Source: the human T2T-CHM13v2.0 reference genome, Homo sapiens. From it: DNA of 64,000 nt. This document shows positions 24,285-38,649 of this stretch, piece by piece. A model generated the notes under the pieces. It searched no databases and was not told where the DNA came from. It was given only the letters and a program-made list of their open reading frames with translations. The stretch's first letter is position 1. Each line of letters begins with the position of its first letter. The DNA is taken from assembly GCF_009914755.1 (NCBI RefSeq), contig NC_060938.1; one strand, 5' to 3'. A program made the position numbers and the translations under genes.

Positions 24285-27082
24285 CTGGGAAACAAAGCAG
24301 TTCAGGAGCAAATCAACCTTTATAAGCCTTAAACTGATTATTTAAATAAAACAAAATAAAATAAAATGTAATATAACGAGAACAAAATCCTATGAACAAA
24401 TTTTTCTCCTATTCATTTGAATTTAATGGATTTTAACATCAATTAAGTAACTAATGCATGTAAAGATGCATGCATAAGCATGTAAAAATAAATTCATGAC
24501 TTGAAATCATGATGGTGACTGATAAAAATTCACATGAGTACTAAAAGTATCCTGACCATATTCATGAATAGTAGTTTCATTTCTTTCCCTCTTGTTTTCT
24601 TGGGGAAAAGAGATGTAAAAAAAAAAAAAATTCAAGAAGTTCAATGAATAAAACCAAAAGAGTCACTTTCCTATCGATGAATACAGTCGGAGATTTGAAG
24701 AAGTGGTGAAATGAAGTTTACTTTGGCATAAAATTATCCACCTACTTAATATGTTGAACATCACCAACAAGTTGATTCCACATGAATTTAGGGATCCATA
24801 CTTAAAAGCAATTAAATTTGAAGTTCTGAGTTCTTAATATCACATTATCTTCTAAAATATTAATTTTTAATAAATTTAAGGCCCGTCTGAAAATGTAAAC
24901 ATTAACCTCATATTAATAAACAGGTAACTAATAGCATTCTAACAAATCATCATAATATTTTTATTATTTATCTTAAAGAGTAAATTTAATATAGATGAAG
25001 AGTATAATATAGCATCATCAGCTGTGTTAAAAATAAACACAAAAATATTAGGAATCATATTTATTGTTCACTTCTAAACATATACACTTACTATATATAT
25101 ATAATATGTTGTATAAGGCCATCTACACATGTTGAACAATTCATTAAGATTTTTAAAAAAGTTCTTATGTCTAACAGAAATACCTTAAAAGTGTAAGATG
25201 TTTAGAATTTTTTTAAGTGTCATATGCTCACTAAGCAAAATAGCATTGCTTATGTTACGTCCTCAATAGATAATATTTCTAAACAGGTGAAATGGGATAG
25301 GTTTTTATATTGAAGATACACTTGTATATGGACATTATGTTTTATATTATATTAATATCTATTTGTCAAAATTACTCAGATATGAGCAAAAGCATAACTT
25401 TAAAGGTTCAGCAGTGTCAGGAAAAGCAGATGAAATTACTTGAAGTCATATTTTTGCATTTGACATTTCAAAAGTTGTAATTTGCGTACAATAAAGCCAT
25501 TAAGAGTTAAAAATAAAAAAAAAGAATAAGAAATTTCCAGGCTTCTGGTTAATTCACTGCCCTCCAGTAACAAAATACTACTGTTTCTAACATCATACCA
25601 TGTTTTACATAGTCCACTCCTCAAATAATTCCTGATTCTTCTAAAGTTAAAACCTAAGTACTTCTAGGAAACCTACAATAGTGAGTCAAACCAAGATTTT
25701 TACCAAATCATACAAAAAAGGGGTAGGACAGCTATAGTAATCAGTAAATCCTCAAAATTCTAAAAAAGTTTTAAATCTTTTGTTTTCTATTTTTGTTTTT
25801 TATAATTAATTCTTGCTATTTCTCAAGAGAGACTTCATTTCCAATCATTAAAAATTTCCCTAATATTTTATTTTCCATGCAATACTTTGCTGAGACATAT
25901 GCTAATGACTCCATGCTATGATTGTTCTATGAATTGAACAGTAAAGGTTTTATTTTTCTACCATTGGTTACAACTGTTACTACAGAGGATACCTGGGAGG
26001 AGTTAACATACATGTAAAAATCTATTCAGTACTAATCTCAGATTAATAATGAGTCTGGTGACTAAGTATGTGTTAAATCTAGAGATCATTTCTCCCAATA
26101 CAGGTTAGAATCCATGTTGATTAACCTACAGAAGCACGATTCTATGTGTGTTGAGCTCTTCTATTTCCATTAGAAGTACTATCTAATGGAAAATAATTCT
26201 GAAGTACTACAGGTTTAATATGACATCCACCTTGTCTTGGATACAAATTCTCAACAAGGTCTTAACTGCAAAGAACCATGTAGAAAAAGTTTAATTGCAA
26301 ATTGAACTTTTAATTAAAATTAAAATTTAATATCGAATGGCTCAGAATTTGTAATCACTTAGATTAATACAATCTGTCGATTTTTATTGCCTTTCTTTTT
26401 GCTTGGCATATATATAAAATATTGGACATGTATTAATAATTGATAGAACTTACATTCATCAAAATTATCCCTAATAATTGTGATGCTGTTTCTTTCCTAC
26501 AGGAATAAAATCAATGATTTTAAATTTCTAGACAATATCAATGTGCCTAAGATAATTAAACTTTTGGTTGGTAAACATCATAATCTGTTAAGAGGTTACA
26601 TTTTAATATATTTAATAAACAAGTAAAAATTATGTAAGTTTGGGTTTCAAGTTGTAAGACTGTTGAAATGTTACAGTAAGTTGTCTCTATATTTTCTTAG
26701 TTTAAATTATTAAAATAATGAAAATGTAATGAAATAAAGATGTGACAAGTTTTGCAGCTATTATTCATATAAATACTTTTAAGCACAAAAAGACCCCTGC
26801 TTTATAAATTCAATTTATAACAATAAAAATACCCTCGAAAGTTTCCTTTCAGTTGATTGTTTTTTAAATACTAGGAGAAAAAGTGTTCTCATAAACAGCT
26901 AAATGTAAATATACTAAAGTAATACTTGTAAAAGATTATTAAATTAATGGAACAGGTGTGATAGTTGTTCTCAACCATACAGATAAAGCCATACAGATTT
27001 CTTATAAAACAAAAATCCGTAAGAAATATTTCAATGTGCAATATAAATGTACAAGTTGTTTATTTCCTTAATATTTTATTAT

Positions 27083-27223
27083 ATTATTATTATCATCATT
27101 ATTTTATACAGACAGGGTCTCGCTTTGTTGCCCAGGCTGGTCTCAAACTCCTGGCTTCAAGCAATCCTCTGTCTTGGCCTCCTAAAAGTGCTCAGATTAC
27201 TGGCAAGAGCCACTGCACCTGGC
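27083..27223 (-). mobile_element. FLAM/Alu left monomer
   Basis: agacagggtctcgctttgttgcccaggctggtctcaaactcctgg...cacctggcc. Confidence 0.85.
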
Positions 27224-28603
27224 CTGTTGCCTTAACATTTTATAAGCAAACTGTTTACATCCATTTACTGTACAGAGTTAAAGTTTAGTGGTTTCATGTT
27301 AAATATCCTTTAGTAAAATTTCTGATATACATCATGAAGATGTAATTAACTGAATATCCACATAACATTATATACTGATATATTAGTTAGAACAAAGCAC
27401 ACAGTCCTACAAAAATTTTTTTCTACATTTTTCAAATAATGAATGTGAAGGACAGACTCAGTTTTCAGTGCCATTTTTTCTTTCAAACGGAAAAGCATAA
27501 TATATATTTTATCTACATTACTTGAATGGCTGTTTAATAATTCTTTAGACGCTGAAGGGTGAAAATACTTAATGCAGAATAATTATTAACAATTTTAAAA
27601 CAGTGGATCTTTTGGAATATAGTTTTTTAAAAAATCAAGAATTTAACAGTAGGTAATTAAATGTAGACATAACTAGGCTTTTGGAAATAAGTGTGACTAT
27701 TACAAATTATGAGATGAATTCTTGTTAACAAATGACAGTTTTGCTGGGCCAGAGAATATTATTATTAATAAACACTGTAATAAACAGAGCTTGCTTTCAA
27801 GCAAGTCTGCAGTAATAGACTGTCAAGAACCTCTGGTATTTATAGGCAAAGTGAAAACAGCGACGAACAACAAATCTCAATTGTAATTCAAAATCTATTA
27901 CTAGTGAAGTAACATTACTGAAGTAATCACCTTCCCAATCCCCTATTTTGAGTTCTGTTAAATAAATCTGTGTACTGTAACATTTGTATACATACTGTAC
28001 CAAAATGAATAAAATATTTAAATATTTAACTGTCATCTTTAGTTTTTAATTTTTGACAAATATCTTCCTCTTTCCAACATGTGAACTGTCTTCCAGCATC
28101 TGAACTAGTCAATTCACAGTTCTCTTTTCCTATGAATAGCTGTACCTACAAGCACCCTAAGAGTCTGTCTGGATTTTTAATGCAAGAGAGAACAAACAGC
28201 ATAAGTGACTTCTTTTTTTTCCCCCCCAAAATCTTCCAGATAAATTAAAAGGGCTCTTTAGGAAAATGTTTGGCAAATCTGTATTCCATAGGATGTCCTT
28301 TGATTAGACATCCAAGGTTTTTCATTATCTGGCTCCCTAACATCTATCTAACATTAATTCCCTCTCGACTGCAACATAAATGTCCCACTTCTGCCAATAC
28401 AGTCTCCTTACTATTCAACAAATATGATACCCTTCTCCCCAAATTCACATCATTTCACCTTCCTAAAATAAGTGTTTTTCTTTCTTCTACTCTAATTAGG
28501 CTATTCCTATACATTCTTCAAGGTCCAGTCAAGTTTTCATCTATTTACAAGACTATTAACTGTCACTCTGACCTGTATTTCTTTTACACGCCTCTGAATT
28601 TTT

Positions 28604-28907
<304 letters not shown>

Positions 28908-31869
28908 ACGCCTCTGAATTTTTACAGCATATTGTTTACATTGTAGTTTTGGTATATAAATACAATTTTAATTTTTATAAGTTATTTTAAGTACTTATCT
29001 CACAAACTGGTCTGCAAGGGCTACAGTTTAGTATATTTTGCTACTTACTAAGAAGGCATTTAGTAAATTCATAATTATTCATGCCCATGAATAATGAACA
29101 AACAAATTAACAAGTGCTATTTTTGTCAATTTATCATGACGACAGTAAAACTCTTAGGGTTAAATGAAATATTTTTGATATCTTACTTTGATTTTTTTTA
29201 AATACAAGAGAATTCTTTAAATGTCCATAACTACTTCTTCCCTGATGTAGCTTTTAGAAAAAATACATATATGAATTAAGAATTAAATATTCCACAAGAT
29301 CTAATATATCAAGTTATATATAAGGCCATTGTGCTAAATTTCATTATTCTACTATATGAAAGACCTGAGAGACCAGCAGGCACTACTTTCCCAAGAAATT
29401 ATACTTGTCTGAGAACCCACTCAGTCAATAAGGGCAGTTTTCAATTGGATAAAATACCTGGTTCATTCAATTTACTTAGTTTAAAACATACATAAGAAAC
29501 ATACAAAATGTATTTTAATCTATTCTATTGCAAAATGATTTTAGACATAACTATTTTATACTGAATAACAGCATAATTTTTCAGAAGTAAAATTAAGGTC
29601 ATTTAAATTTATATATTTATTATTTAGAGAATAATCCAGCAAAGAGTACTACGTTGGTAAAATTGGATACCTAGAAAGTCAGAGAATCCCAAACTTAGAG
29701 CAAAAGGTCTGACTGATTTATAATATTTTGGAAATACATTTCACTGCTTTACTAGATTTTTCAAGTAAAATTTTCAACTTTTATAATATAAAGAAAATAT
29801 GTAAGTGTTAAATACAATGTCTTATTAGATTTAGTGTTGTCTTTTTAATAAATCCTTTTAAATGATACACTGTCACATACATTATTGATTACATGAAAAT
29901 ATTAAATAACCAACAATACTTCTAATTCCATGAATACCTACAAGTCTTACAAATGGATGCAAATACACAAAAGTCAATAAATCACTATTATTTTTTATAC
30001 TTATCTTGAAGTTAAATAACATCCAAAAAGGCAAATAAAAATAAAGCAAATATTTTAAAATTCTAGTCTTCATAAATCTATACTGGCACTGGATATATGA
30101 TAGCCTGTAAATCTCATACTGCCATATAGCAAATTAGAATTTTAACAATGATTCATAGACCATTATTTGGTGGTATGAGATATTTATTCTTATAAAAAAT
30201 AATAATAATTCATATCACCGTCCTGAACATATTGTCAATGGTATCATACTACTAAATTTTATGTTTTACTTAAAAAAAAATCAAGATATTGGCTTCTATC
30301 CCTAAATGTTTGAATTTTCTCACAGAAATTACAAAAGAAAAGGAGGAACTTATAGGCTGGATTAAGGCAGAAAGCCAATAGACCTTATACTTCAGTGCTT
30401 ATTCTGTAAACTCTTAGCCCCAGGTGATTTTAACCTAAGTCTTTAACTACACTTCTACTTTTAAACTCTGATTAAAGTCACAGTATTACTTTCAAGAATT
30501 CAGTCTTCAAACTACTCTTTGTATTCACTGAGGGTAAAAAAAATAAACACAACTATAAATGACTGTGAAAAATAAAATATCCACTGATTTTACAGCTTTA
30601 AAATATTTATATTCTCCCATGTATACATTAAGGGATACTTCTTTTAAGACTTATGAAGGGTATAAACTGAACCATTTGACACTGACAAAGATTATAATAT
30701 GAACATTTTTGTATAGAATAACAACTACCTACTCATGATTTAAACATAAAGGGATTTTTTTAAAAAAGTAATTAGTATAAAATTAGACATTAGTCTATAA
30801 TTTGAAAATATATTGCCTAATTATCAATTTCTATGTTTATATTTCATTATTCAACATTATATTTATCTATATATTGGTAAAATTATAGGATTCATAACAC
30901 TGTTCAGTATAATACTTTTTAAATTCAGAAACATGAAATTAATAAGACTTTGAGCTACATTTCAAATTTATTACAATGAACATGAGTATTCTGTAAATTA
31001 AATATTCTGTGAATTACTGAAGAATAATACATTTCTTTTGAAGCCATAGTCTGTGATAGTAAAATTACGTCACAAATTAAGACGCTAATTATAAAAAGGC
31101 AAAGGCAGAAACAATAATTATGAACATAATAAATTTATAGACGTAAAAGAGTTTACGGTGGAAGAATCCACCTTATTTAACATGAAATAATGTCATTTTC
31201 CCCCTACATCATGTCACCCATTATTCAATCTTAAAAACTCACATCAGTTTTTCCCAAGTAAAATTTTTTACAAAAAATCTCGTACATTAAAAATGAACAT
31301 TGGCCCTTTATGACATATGTTTAAATACTACATAAGTTACACAAAACACAGTAACTGATTTGTAACAAAGGACTGTATGGTAGGTACATAAATTTACTAT
31401 ACATTTTTTTGATAAAAAATGAGAACATGACAACAAAATTAACAAAACAGGAGCCTCTATGCATAATAACTATCCTGAAAACTACAAATATCACTAAAAA
31501 TAGGGTATTGGAAATTTTGAATGTATCATTGAAATACTTATACTTTATTTAAAAAGTGATATAATTTTAAACAGATTCAATTCCTATAAATTAAATTTGT
31601 GTCTATAAATTTAAAAAGGGCAATCACTAAGAGTCACATAAGTGCTCCTCAATGTAACACTAATAAATGAATAATTCAATTGATCAATAAATTAACTGAT
31701 CAATCTAAGGATGAGACCTTGATAGTCTTTAAATAACTAAATGACAACTCTGGTATGTTTTATGTGTGCTTAAAATAAAAGTTTTATGCTAACACTTTAA
31801 GGCTTCTTTTGTAAGGAACTTATACTATGCTGTGGATATTTCTCTTTGATTTCTCAACTAAACACTCAC

Positions 31870-32036
31870 TTGTTTGATGCGATCTGGATTAACGGTGGTC
31901 TGGGGTTGTAGAATGCTGACTGGTTCTGTCTTGGCCACATTTTGGGGCATTTCTCGAATTTTTTCTGCAATGAATCCATGAACTGCATTCAGTGCTTCAA
32001 CCGTTCCCTGGATCAAGCACACTCGCTCAGTAGTAC
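31870..32036 (-). CDS. NOVA1: NOVA1 exon 3 (167 nt; C-terminal half of KH1: (G)[55 protein letters not shown])
   Basis: ttttatccacag|GT ACT ACT GAG...ATC AAA CAA|gtgagt; phase 1 in, phase 0 out; contained in ORF 31858..32112. Confidence 0.98.
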
Positions 32037-32569
32037 CTGTGGATAAAACATTGATTTTCAGAAAATATTCCACACTTTGCATTAAAAAAATTATGAAAAA
32101 GGATGATATCATAACGCCAAAAAAATGTAAAATGCAGAACTCTAACGTAAAACATTTAATTGAACCACACGTAATATATACATGTCTCTTCTCATGATTC
32201 CTTTTATAAATTCCGTTCTAGTTGTTTTGGTCTCAAAAAGGGCATTTGGATTGCAGCTCAATCAGAGATCCAGAGAAGTTGTGAACATATCACTGATTCA
32301 TTGACATAACAAATACTTATTGAGTACTTATAAAAGAACTTAGGGTTAGAAACTGGTAACATGCCAGTAAAGATCTATAAACCCAGTTTTCAAAGAGCTT
32401 ACTCTTCAGGGGGAAAAAAACCGACATAAAACCAGAGAATTGTAGGACATTACAGTCTGAAAATAATGGTGGTAACAACATAGATGGTACAAGTTGTTCC
32501 ATCACTTACCACGCTCTTCCTTTAATCATAGCAACACTTGTTACCCGATATTTTACATTGTTTTTTTTT

Positions 32570-32703
32570 TTACTTTTTCACTAGAATATAAGCTCTACGT
32601 GGAGTGTAAATTTGTTTTGTTTTGTGCTGTAGTATCCTCAAAGTTTAGAATAGCTTCTGGCACACAATAGGTACACTGTAAACATTTGTTGGATAAATGA
32701 ATC
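32570..32703 (+). mobile_element. L2 3' end
   Basis: ctagaatataagctc...ctggcacacaatagg...atttgttggataaatgaat. Confidence 0.65.
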
Positions 32704-34589
32704 AGTGCTGTCTTTATTGATGATATAATTTTAATAAAAAGAATATTAGGACTAAACATGAAATTTAAATAGTTTATGAAACTTGAAATTCACAAATATT
32801 TGTTAAAGATATTATTAATAGTATTTATTTAATATCTTGTGAATAAAATGTAAATATATGATGCAAGACAAGACTAAGGTGAAATTGTGTCTAACACACA
32901 GGTCGTATCACCTATTTTATACTTTACAGATATACATTAAGGCAATAAAAATAAATTAGTTTTTCAGATTATTCTCAGGCTTATTGTAGAAGCCTGGTAT
33001 TCCACTGTAATCTTCTCAGTGACCCAACATAACACATGAACTTGCTTCTAAGAAATAAGTATTTCTTTTCTAAACAGTTGTTAAAATTTTCCAAAAAATG
33101 GGATTTTAAAATTTATAAAAGAGTTTTTGAATTAATGGAAATATTTTCAATTACCTAACATATTTCCTTTTGGTGCTACTGTTTCAAAATTTCAAGGTAA
33201 TTTGTAAAATGTTTTAAAATACATTCTGAAGGACAAATTTGTGAAACTACAAATATTTAAAAAGTCATAAGGAGTTTATACTGCTTTAAAGATTCTGACA
33301 CACAGACCAATTTTCTAGTAGTTTTGAAATTAAAATAATAGTAAAAGAATATCATTAATACTTCTAGAAGACAGAATTAGATTACAGGAATTAGAAGCAG
33401 AAATAAAAGAAAAACTTAGAGATATACCTAAATAAAATTGTCATATTTTAAACAATGAAAATTCAGATCTATAAAAATCTAAGTTTCCTGGATTTTACAA
33501 AACATTTCAATAGACCATGTATATGGCTTTCATTTGTAAGGGTGGATAAAGCCTGAAAAACATAATGTGAGTCTGTGGGTTTAATTTTTCCAGTTTCTCT
33601 TAATCAGCTTTTCTCATTCTTGTCTATCTTGATATACATATTGTGGTTCCTGCATAAAATGATCTAGTTTATGGGGATACTCTAGGGAGTCTTTACAAGG
33701 TTGTATTAAGTGTCCAATAAATGACTAGAAAGGATAGGAACTGATCAATGTAGCTAATACAAAGTGTTCTTATCCAGGTCAGCAGACAATATGAAAACAG
33801 ATCAGATTACATTCTTGTTTTTGGAGACAACTACAGAGTGCTCTTTTGTGGATGCCAAAACAGTCTAACTTAGATAGAGATAAAAAAAAAAAAAAAAACA
33901 TGGCTCTAAATAACTAAAGAGATTATAAATCTATGCTGTCAATAAAATTCTGATAATACAAACCATGTCAGACCACACAGTAGCCCCTATACTTTTCAGA
34001 TTGCAGAGACTAACAGATAGTGAGTGGAAATTACTGAGCCATAAAGAATTATGACTGTCTAAAGCTAAATTTCACATATTAGCATCTGTGGGACAATTGA
34101 AAATAGTTCACAGGTTCACAATTGCAGTACATACTGTTTGAAAATTAAATTACATAATTTGCATTAGAACTATTAACATAAAAAAAGGAAAGAAAAAAGG
34201 AGATTCTATATCTACCACTCAGAAATGCTACAATCCTCAGAAGAGATGCTATCATATTCTTCTACTGAACTTATGGCCTTTTCACTCAGAAAACACAAAA
34301 CCGTAATTTTTAGGAGAAAGTCACAAAAAAGGGAGACTGTCAGGTGTATGATCAAACTGTGTTAAAAAAAATGAGCCTATAAATCATAAAAGTTGCTGGT
34401 TTTGTCATTTTAAAGGATTTAGGCTCAATTAGTATCTAAACTAAACTGCCTGTTATTTATCATTTTATTTAACAGTAGCATTTATTTCTCTTTGAAACAC
34501 ACTAGCAACGAGAGGTGAAAACCAGTTACATAAAAGTACATGCCCATATTTTGTATAAGATAGAGGTATATAAGATACCATTAATTAAT

Positions 34590-34878
34590 TAATTTTTTTG
34601 AGACAGAGTCTCACTTTATCACTCAGGCTGGAGTGCAGTGGTGAGATCTTGGCTCACTGCAGCCTCGACCACCTGGGCTCAAGAGTGATCCTCATGCCTT
34701 GGCCCTCCAAGCAGCTGGGACTACAGGAAGGCACCACCATGCCTGGCTAATTTTTTGGATTTTTTTGTAGAGACAGAGTTTCGACATGTGGCATAGGCTG
34801 CTCTTCTGAGCTCAAGTGATCTGCCCACCTCAGCCTCCCAAAGTGCTAGGATTACAGGTGTGAGCCACCACGCCCGGC
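34590..34878 (-). mobile_element. AluJ
   Basis: Antisense Alu with taaga(t/g)accattaatt flanks. Confidence 0.92.
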
Positions 34879-36036
34879 TTAAGAGACCATTAATTTAAAA
34901 CTGCACTTTTAAGAAAGAAATCACAAAAAGTATAATAAGAAGGGGCAATGTCAAATACAGGCATTGACATTTACAATGACTTTAAGTTTTGATTTAACAT
35001 ACAGTATTAAATGCTAAAAATGCACAGGTTTCTAAAATTACATACAATTATCAGTTTTAATAGAAAAGTTTTCACAGAAATTTAATAAAATATATTCAGT
35101 GCTACTATAAGTTTAGGTAAGTCAGTTACACAGTTCCTGTTTCTACCTAAGGTGATCCATCACTTATGCACTGGGCCCTGTGCCCCCTTACCTACCAAGT
35201 CCACTGCTTCTCCAGTTAGAGTTATTTCTTACATCATAATTTTTTTCTATTGAATATTCCCATCAGTAGGAAATATGTTGTAATTTCTACAATTTTTAAA
35301 GACATTGATAGAGTTAGAAAATTACTCTTTTGCAAACCTAATGACAAAATTAAGTTTGGTAAAGATCATAAATGGATAAAATCATCAGATGAAAGGTTAA
35401 TATAAAATTTTCAATAAAAACATCAGGTATTACCAACTGATTTCAATGATCAACATTAGCATGACGAGTATGAAAACCAAACATTATATGCTTCTTGATG
35501 TGATGTAATAAAAAACACACAGAACCAATTATGATGTACCTAAAAGTAGTTGAACCTAAATCTAATCAAACATTTAGCACTATAGATTAATACTGAAAAC
35601 AGAACAATAAACGATACCATAAGGAAGCAAAGACACAAAAATAGTTTATAAGACAACTGATGCAGCTTCGTCAATAAAGAAGAGATTACTCTCCAGACAA
35701 AAGAAGACTTAAAATATGTTATGACTAAATGTAAGGCAGAATTTGGTTGGGTCCCAAATTAAACAATTTTCACTTGAAACAAAATTGAGGCAATGACAAG
35801 GACAGAGTTTTGGCACCAAATAATTACTGTTAACTTTAACATGTGAGATTATGGCATCAGTTTACAGAAAGTGTCATTTTTTTTTCTTTTCTGAGATGAA
35901 TACTGAAATATGTACAGGTAAAATGTAACTGAACTTGCATCAAAATATTTCTGCAACAACAAAAAAGGAGTAAACTTTTTAGGCATGACAAATCTTGATA
36001 CTGTTGATATAGATGAAGGGTATAAAGAAATTAATT

Positions 36037-36385
<349 letters not shown>

Positions 36386-36399
36386 TTAAAAACATTTAA

Positions 36400-37095
36400 A
36401 AATTCTCATTGACCTCATACCCCTCTTCTAGTTGCAGCTCAATTTCCTTATCCCTCAAAATTCCTTGAATGAGTTTTATAGATACTCTCTTTCTACTTCC
36501 TCATCACCCAATCCTGAATATACTCCAATATGGCTTTTTTTCTCCTTGAATCTAGTAGATTCTACAACTCTACTGAAAGCATTCATCACAGCTGTACCTG
36601 GATAAATCTAATCTTCAAGTCTTCATGTTGTTTGCCTCGTCAGCAGCATTTTATGCTGTCAGTAGGTGACCATTCTGTTCTAAAAACACTTCACTTGGCT
36701 TTCAGAATGCCACATGCTCCTAGCTCATGGTTTTTACTCAGTTCATTAACTCATTTGATAAAAATGTATTGAGTCCCTACTAAATAAGTATCATATTAGA
36801 AGCTGAAGGTACAGCAATGACCAAACAGGAAAAAAAAAACGAACAAACCCTGCCTTCATGGAGCTCATATTCTAGTTCATGTGGACAGACACTATACATA
36901 AGAGAAATAAAACACAGAGAAAGAATAGTAAAAGAAAATAACTGTTATGAAAAACACTGAGAGACAATGACAGGCTCAGCAGAGACAAAAACAACAGTAT
37001 GAAAGGGACTTTGTCATGTTTACCACTGTATCTCCAGTGCCCAGAAGAGTGCCTGGCACACTACAGATACTCAACAAGTATTTTTTTTTTAAATA
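36400..37095. mobile_element. L2 fragments in both orientations
   Basis: + body 36400-36730, antisense 3' end about 36740-36900, + 3' end gtgcctggcaca...ctcaacaagtattt at about 37000-37095. Confidence 0.55.
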
Positions 37096-38309
37096 AACAA
37101 CTTCCTGAGTCTAAAATTTCTTGTCTGTATTTTGAAACATACATGTGATTGATTTCTAAGGCCTTTTTTATCTACAAAATGTCTATAAAGCCAGTAAATC
37201 TCTCGGTTTATAAGATCATTCAACGAACATAAAAAGCAGATATATTTCGGAAAATGATTTAAAAACTATAATAAGTTATAATTTATCATTTAAAAAGGGC
37301 ACGTGGTAAAAGTTTTTTGAGACAGGTACTAGGAGAAATAATGGATAATTTAACAATTTTTTTCTTTTTCCTAGGGTAGAAAAAAATAGACAAACTCTGA
37401 AAATGAACTCTACCTAAAATAATATTGTTAGGGAGAAAAATATTTTTTGTTGTGGTCTAAAGTGCTATAAAAAACTGTTTAGATACCTGAGACATTATTC
37501 AAACCAGAGTAAGACTATTCTAGAATAACGAACATATGCTAATGATTTGATCCACATAGTTTCAATTGTCATCTATAATGAAAATTAGTGAACATTCTGT
37601 TCATATAAAAGAAAATGCATCAGTTTATATTCCTACTGGAAATATAACTCAGTATCTTATGAAAGAATACAGACATAATTATTTAGGAAATATTAATGTT
37701 AGTGTAGAGTAAGTCATTTGGTTGGATGAGTGACACTGAAACATCACAAAATAAAACAATAATACAAAAATGTAGTAGAAAATTTATTAACACTTCTATG
37801 ACAATCTATAGCAATAATTTTGGCCTCCAAAATAACTTAAGAAAATGTAAATACCAATTAACTCTAACAGGCAAAAGCTGATATTTAAAACAACATGATA
37901 TACAGATAATTTATAGAGATAACTGCTACTTATTATGCAGAGAAATTACTAATTTTGGATAGCTAATATTGTGATCAACATGTTTTTATTTCATGCAAGT
38001 AAACATTTAGTTTCTATCATATCAAGAAATATCTTGCAATATATATTTTCAAATACATTTAAATTTCCTTGCTATTTGGAGGTATGTCTGTCTATTTACT
38101 CTTACACAAACAGTGCTTTGTGAGTGGTATCTATTCTTTTAGTTTTCATATTTTTCCTCTTTTTGCCACTTATTTTTGCTGTTTGCTAAAATATCTGATT
38201 ATAACAGGCTCTTCTCTTATAATTTGCTGTTTCTAGTCCTCAGCAACCTAATAATATACAGTTAAATAAGACTGTTAAAATTATATAAACTATTAACAAG
38301 TAGGTTCCG

Positions 38310-38649
<340 letters not shown>

